Shown in pieces: positions 60,501-64,000 of a DNA stretch of 64,000 nt (the first letter of the stretch is position 1; each line of letters opens with the position of its first letter). Below the pieces are notes generated by a model. It was not told the origin of the DNA. It saw only the letters and a list, made by a program, of their open reading frames with translations, and made no database searches. The stretch lies in assembly GCA_030704615.1 (NCBI GenBank), contig CM060731.1, positions 68,448,001 to 68,512,000 of the forward strand, given 5' to 3'. The stretch is from Takakia lepidozioides. Lineage: Eukaryota; Plantae; Bryophyta. The position numbers and the translations under genes are program-made.

Positions 60501-63071
60501 TGTATGTGCCTGCATTGTCGGAATGGCCTGAGCACATGGAATGTTGCCGGATATCTTCATAAGAAAATATTGTGCAATTGGAATAGCGTGACACTGCAAC
60601 ATGAATCTTCATCCTCCGGATTACGGGCTAGACATCGGTAAGATGTTTATCAATCTTGATAAATTGGAGATGGTTTGTTGACAACAGAATTTTGAATTGT
60701 GTTGTTTGTACATTTGTTTAAGTCATCTGAACAAAATCAAAATTTGTGAGGCTAGTTAAACAATGTCGTTGTGATGAGGCTTGGGAAAAACAGTTGTCGA
60801 GTTGCTAGATGTGGTCCTCACTAGGACCCCGAATCCATTCATAGTCATCTTTATAAAACTGATGATCTATAAGTAAATTATCCTAAAATTAGTACTCTGT
60901 AAATATCAATGACGGAAAAAAAAAAAAAAGAAGTTATCGTTGTTTTTTTAAGAAATATTGCCATTTGGAGAAAAACAAACTTAGCTTAGAGAAGCTCCCC
61001 ATAACATAGAATGCAACATCGGAACCGTGAGCCCATGCTCATAGTCATTTGTTCATAGGCTCACACTTATGCGCTAATTCAACAAGATCTCTCCTCTTAA
61101 GGAAACAGCCTAAAACGACGACGGACTCTCTTGCTTTGGCAAAACATAACAGGAAGGTGAGAGTAAAGGGCATTACTGAGCACCACACATCAATGAGAGC
61201 CTTGACACGGTGTAAGGGACCACATTTTCTCCGTTGACTTGAACATGTTACGTAGTCTCTCTCCACAAGAGAGCAAAAAAAACCAGCAAAACTGGATTAA
61301 AAATCGTACTTGCCCATACGAATACACAGACTCCAATATTTGAGAACAAGTTTGCAACTTGGCCCACAGGATCAACCACTACTTCTGGATTCCCACTCTC
61401 CTGATGCTGATAGCTGGCAATATCACAAGGGAAAATGTTCGAGAGATTAGAACCAGGACAATGTGACCACATGATGTACACACTGTGCTATCTCATGGAC
61501 ACTTTGGGCATAATAAGTGAGTCTTGGTCAATTACAGAGACCGGATATAGACGTTCATCCTTCAGATTTGACTATTTGGGAATATCAGTGGATTACTGCC
61601 ACACAATTTCAAAGAATCTGTCAGGATTTTACATTATTCAAATCAGAAAGTGCTCCTCATTGAGAAAAAGCAGTATACCCTTGAGAAGGAGCTAACCACA
61701 ATGAGTACTTACTTCGGATCTGATAGGAAGTTCAAACAGATGTGGAATCCCGAACTGCTTCACCACCTGTACTCAGATTTGATACGGCCCCCATCAAAAA
61801 CCACTTGTGAGATAAACATGGTAGTCAAAATGGGCAGGGTTTAAGATATGGATTGTTTCAAAAGATTGCACCATGATAACCCACACTAAAGCCATTGGAG
61901 GATGGCGGTACATGTGAAAACATTAAGATAGCATGTTTTACATGAAGGTGCAGTGCATAGCCCACATTCTTGTGCATTTGTTGGTAAAGATCTGCTTTGA
62001 CTCACATTGAGTGATACAGTGATGCACATACCTCGGAACCCGAGTCCTGGCCAAAAGGTAGTAGCGCTTCCCATCAGCTTCGAAGAAACATATATTCTCC
62101 ACTATTGCAATCCACGGAACCTGGGCACAAAAAACATCACCTATACGCGGGATGGATTCTTACTTCTGCAAAGGTGACCTAGTTAGTCGTCAATGGCCAG
62201 GACATTGATCCAACTAGTGAGTGAAGACTAAAAATGGAACAAAGAGATCCCTTATATTAAACCGAAAATCTGCAAGACAAGTTGAATACAATACCTTAAG
62301 CTTTGAGAACATACGCACACCCTTTGCAAGATCAATAAATGCCAATTTATGTGGCGTTGTAACAATGAAAGCTGTTGTAACCTGCACTACGGGCCATGGC
62401 GATAGGCCACCGACCATTACCATCGGAAACAAGCAAAGCTACACTGCCCACAGACAACAGCTCACTAGAAAGGTTCTGGCTCTATAGGAGAGACATTCAA
62501 TGTCTTTGGTAGAGTAGTGAGGCAGCTGCCTGGCTGCGCTTTGAAGAACCATTATCAGGGCCTCGCTAGACGTCGAAATAGTCACCAGGGTGATTATCAT
62601 CCAATACTTCTGGTATATCTGAGTTCCCACTAGACGGACATACCTTCTCTTCATATTTGACAAAGGGGTCACTTTTTTATTGCACACCAAAAAACCAGCC
62701 ACACCCAAAAATGATAAAGCTCTACACTCCTTACGGAATATGCCAATGACCAAAAACTTGACAAAACCATTTCATGAAGTAAAAGACAGCAGGGCTTTTC
62801 AAACCTGGTCCAAGAAATCTGTGAAGCTCTTTTACATCCGCAGTGTGTACTGCTCGGCTGTAATGTTGGTTCCTACACCAGACCCACTGAACTCATTCCC
62901 TGCACAAATGCATTGTAAACTCATCAACACACTACCTCCATGTGTTTTTACAGGGATCTCGATAATAATGAGCTGGAAGGACCTTTTCCAGCCTTCAATA
63001 AAAGCGAGAACCTCCTCCCATCTTCCAGTGCTTTCCACCAAGGTCCATACATAGGGCCTGCATATTTCGTG

Positions 63072-64000
63072 CACTACAAGAGATGAGCGTTTTTAGGACT
63101 ACGGCTTTGGCGGAGTCATAAAAACTGCACTAGGTATACGACTACAGACCGTTGAAATGCGTTGCAATCATAGTTTTATCACTCTGTAGTAATGGATATC
63201 ACTACATGACTCTGGAAAGTTAGGGAGCATTGGTCAAACATTGTTGACCACGATGACATGGATGGTTTATATGACTAGTGTGATATGTTTGACTACACGT
63301 GGATGAAGTTTCATGGAATCTTATGACTCCATGACTGAAGATGGTTTCACAGCTCTAATTATATGACTACATCACTACACGTGTCATTTTGAAGCCACAT
63401 ACACGAATGTATTCATCCATTGGACGAGTTCATCCACAACATGACATGACATGTAAACTTATGACTGCCTAAGTGCAGGTTGTTTCATAACCCTATATAT
63501 ATGACTATATCACTACACGTGTCATTTTAAAGGCATTTATATGATTCTATTACTACACGTGTCATTTTGAAGGCATATACATGAATGGATCCATCCATTG
63601 GATGAGCTCATCCATCCATGTTTACCACAAATTCCTATCAGCTTTGAATATGTGTGGGGATTTGATATATGTTCAATAAATTGGACCTGGATGGACGTGT
63701 CTTAACAAGCATCGCAAGATATATGAGATTAAGATACGCAAAGGTCATGGTTGTACATGGAAATTATTTTGAATCGATAGATTGTATAAGATCTAACAGT
63801 CTAGATTGTTTAAGATCTAACGGTTTAAGATTAGGTATATCAAACTTCATGAGCAAATTCGCTTAAGTCCGGGCTGAGAGTTTTGGCAGATGCAACAATA
63901 GAAGGGGATGATGATGGTAGTAGGATTTTAGCCTATGACCACTCGAATTAATCAAAGTGCAAAAAGTTAATTTTTTTTCAAAAAATTGCTTATAGGGTTC
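63072..64000 (+). mobile_element. CACTA (En/Spm) transposon terminus with subterminal repeats; the element probably continues beyond the window
   Basis: CACTACAAGA at 63072, followed by many ATGACT motifs and three atatga....t.actacacgtgtcatttt repeats (~63361, 63499, 63539). Confidence 0.7.

Overview
Eukaryotic nuclear DNA from a land plant. A non-seed plant, probably moss-like, is inferred from the PLS-PPR style and gypsy fragments; the species cannot be determined. A compact ~20 kb island (10.3-30.7 kb) holds five genes in alternating orientation: an Fcf2-domain pre-rRNA processing gene (+), plastid division FtsZ1 (-), a PLS-class PPR gene frameshifted before any E/DYW domain (+), an RRP1/Nop52-like gene (-) and a membrane-anchored dual-specificity phosphatase (+). 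Spliced models built by hand for the four intron-containing genes keep frame at GT-AG sites. The left flank holds decayed Ty3/gypsy and LINE debris. The right flank holds a ~4 kb head-to-tail array of non-autonomous Helitron-like units, an intronless ORF with a Cys/Lys/Gly-rich 69/72-bp repeat, a near full-length RTEX-like LINE with two adjacent internal inversions, an orphan ABCC13-like exon, a PPR pseudogene followed by three decayed copies of an intron-split OSB-type PDF motif, a gag-bearing LTR-retroelement remnant and a CACTA terminus. No rRNA, tRNA or CRISPR array was seen. All family assignments come from recognising motifs by eye; no searches were run.
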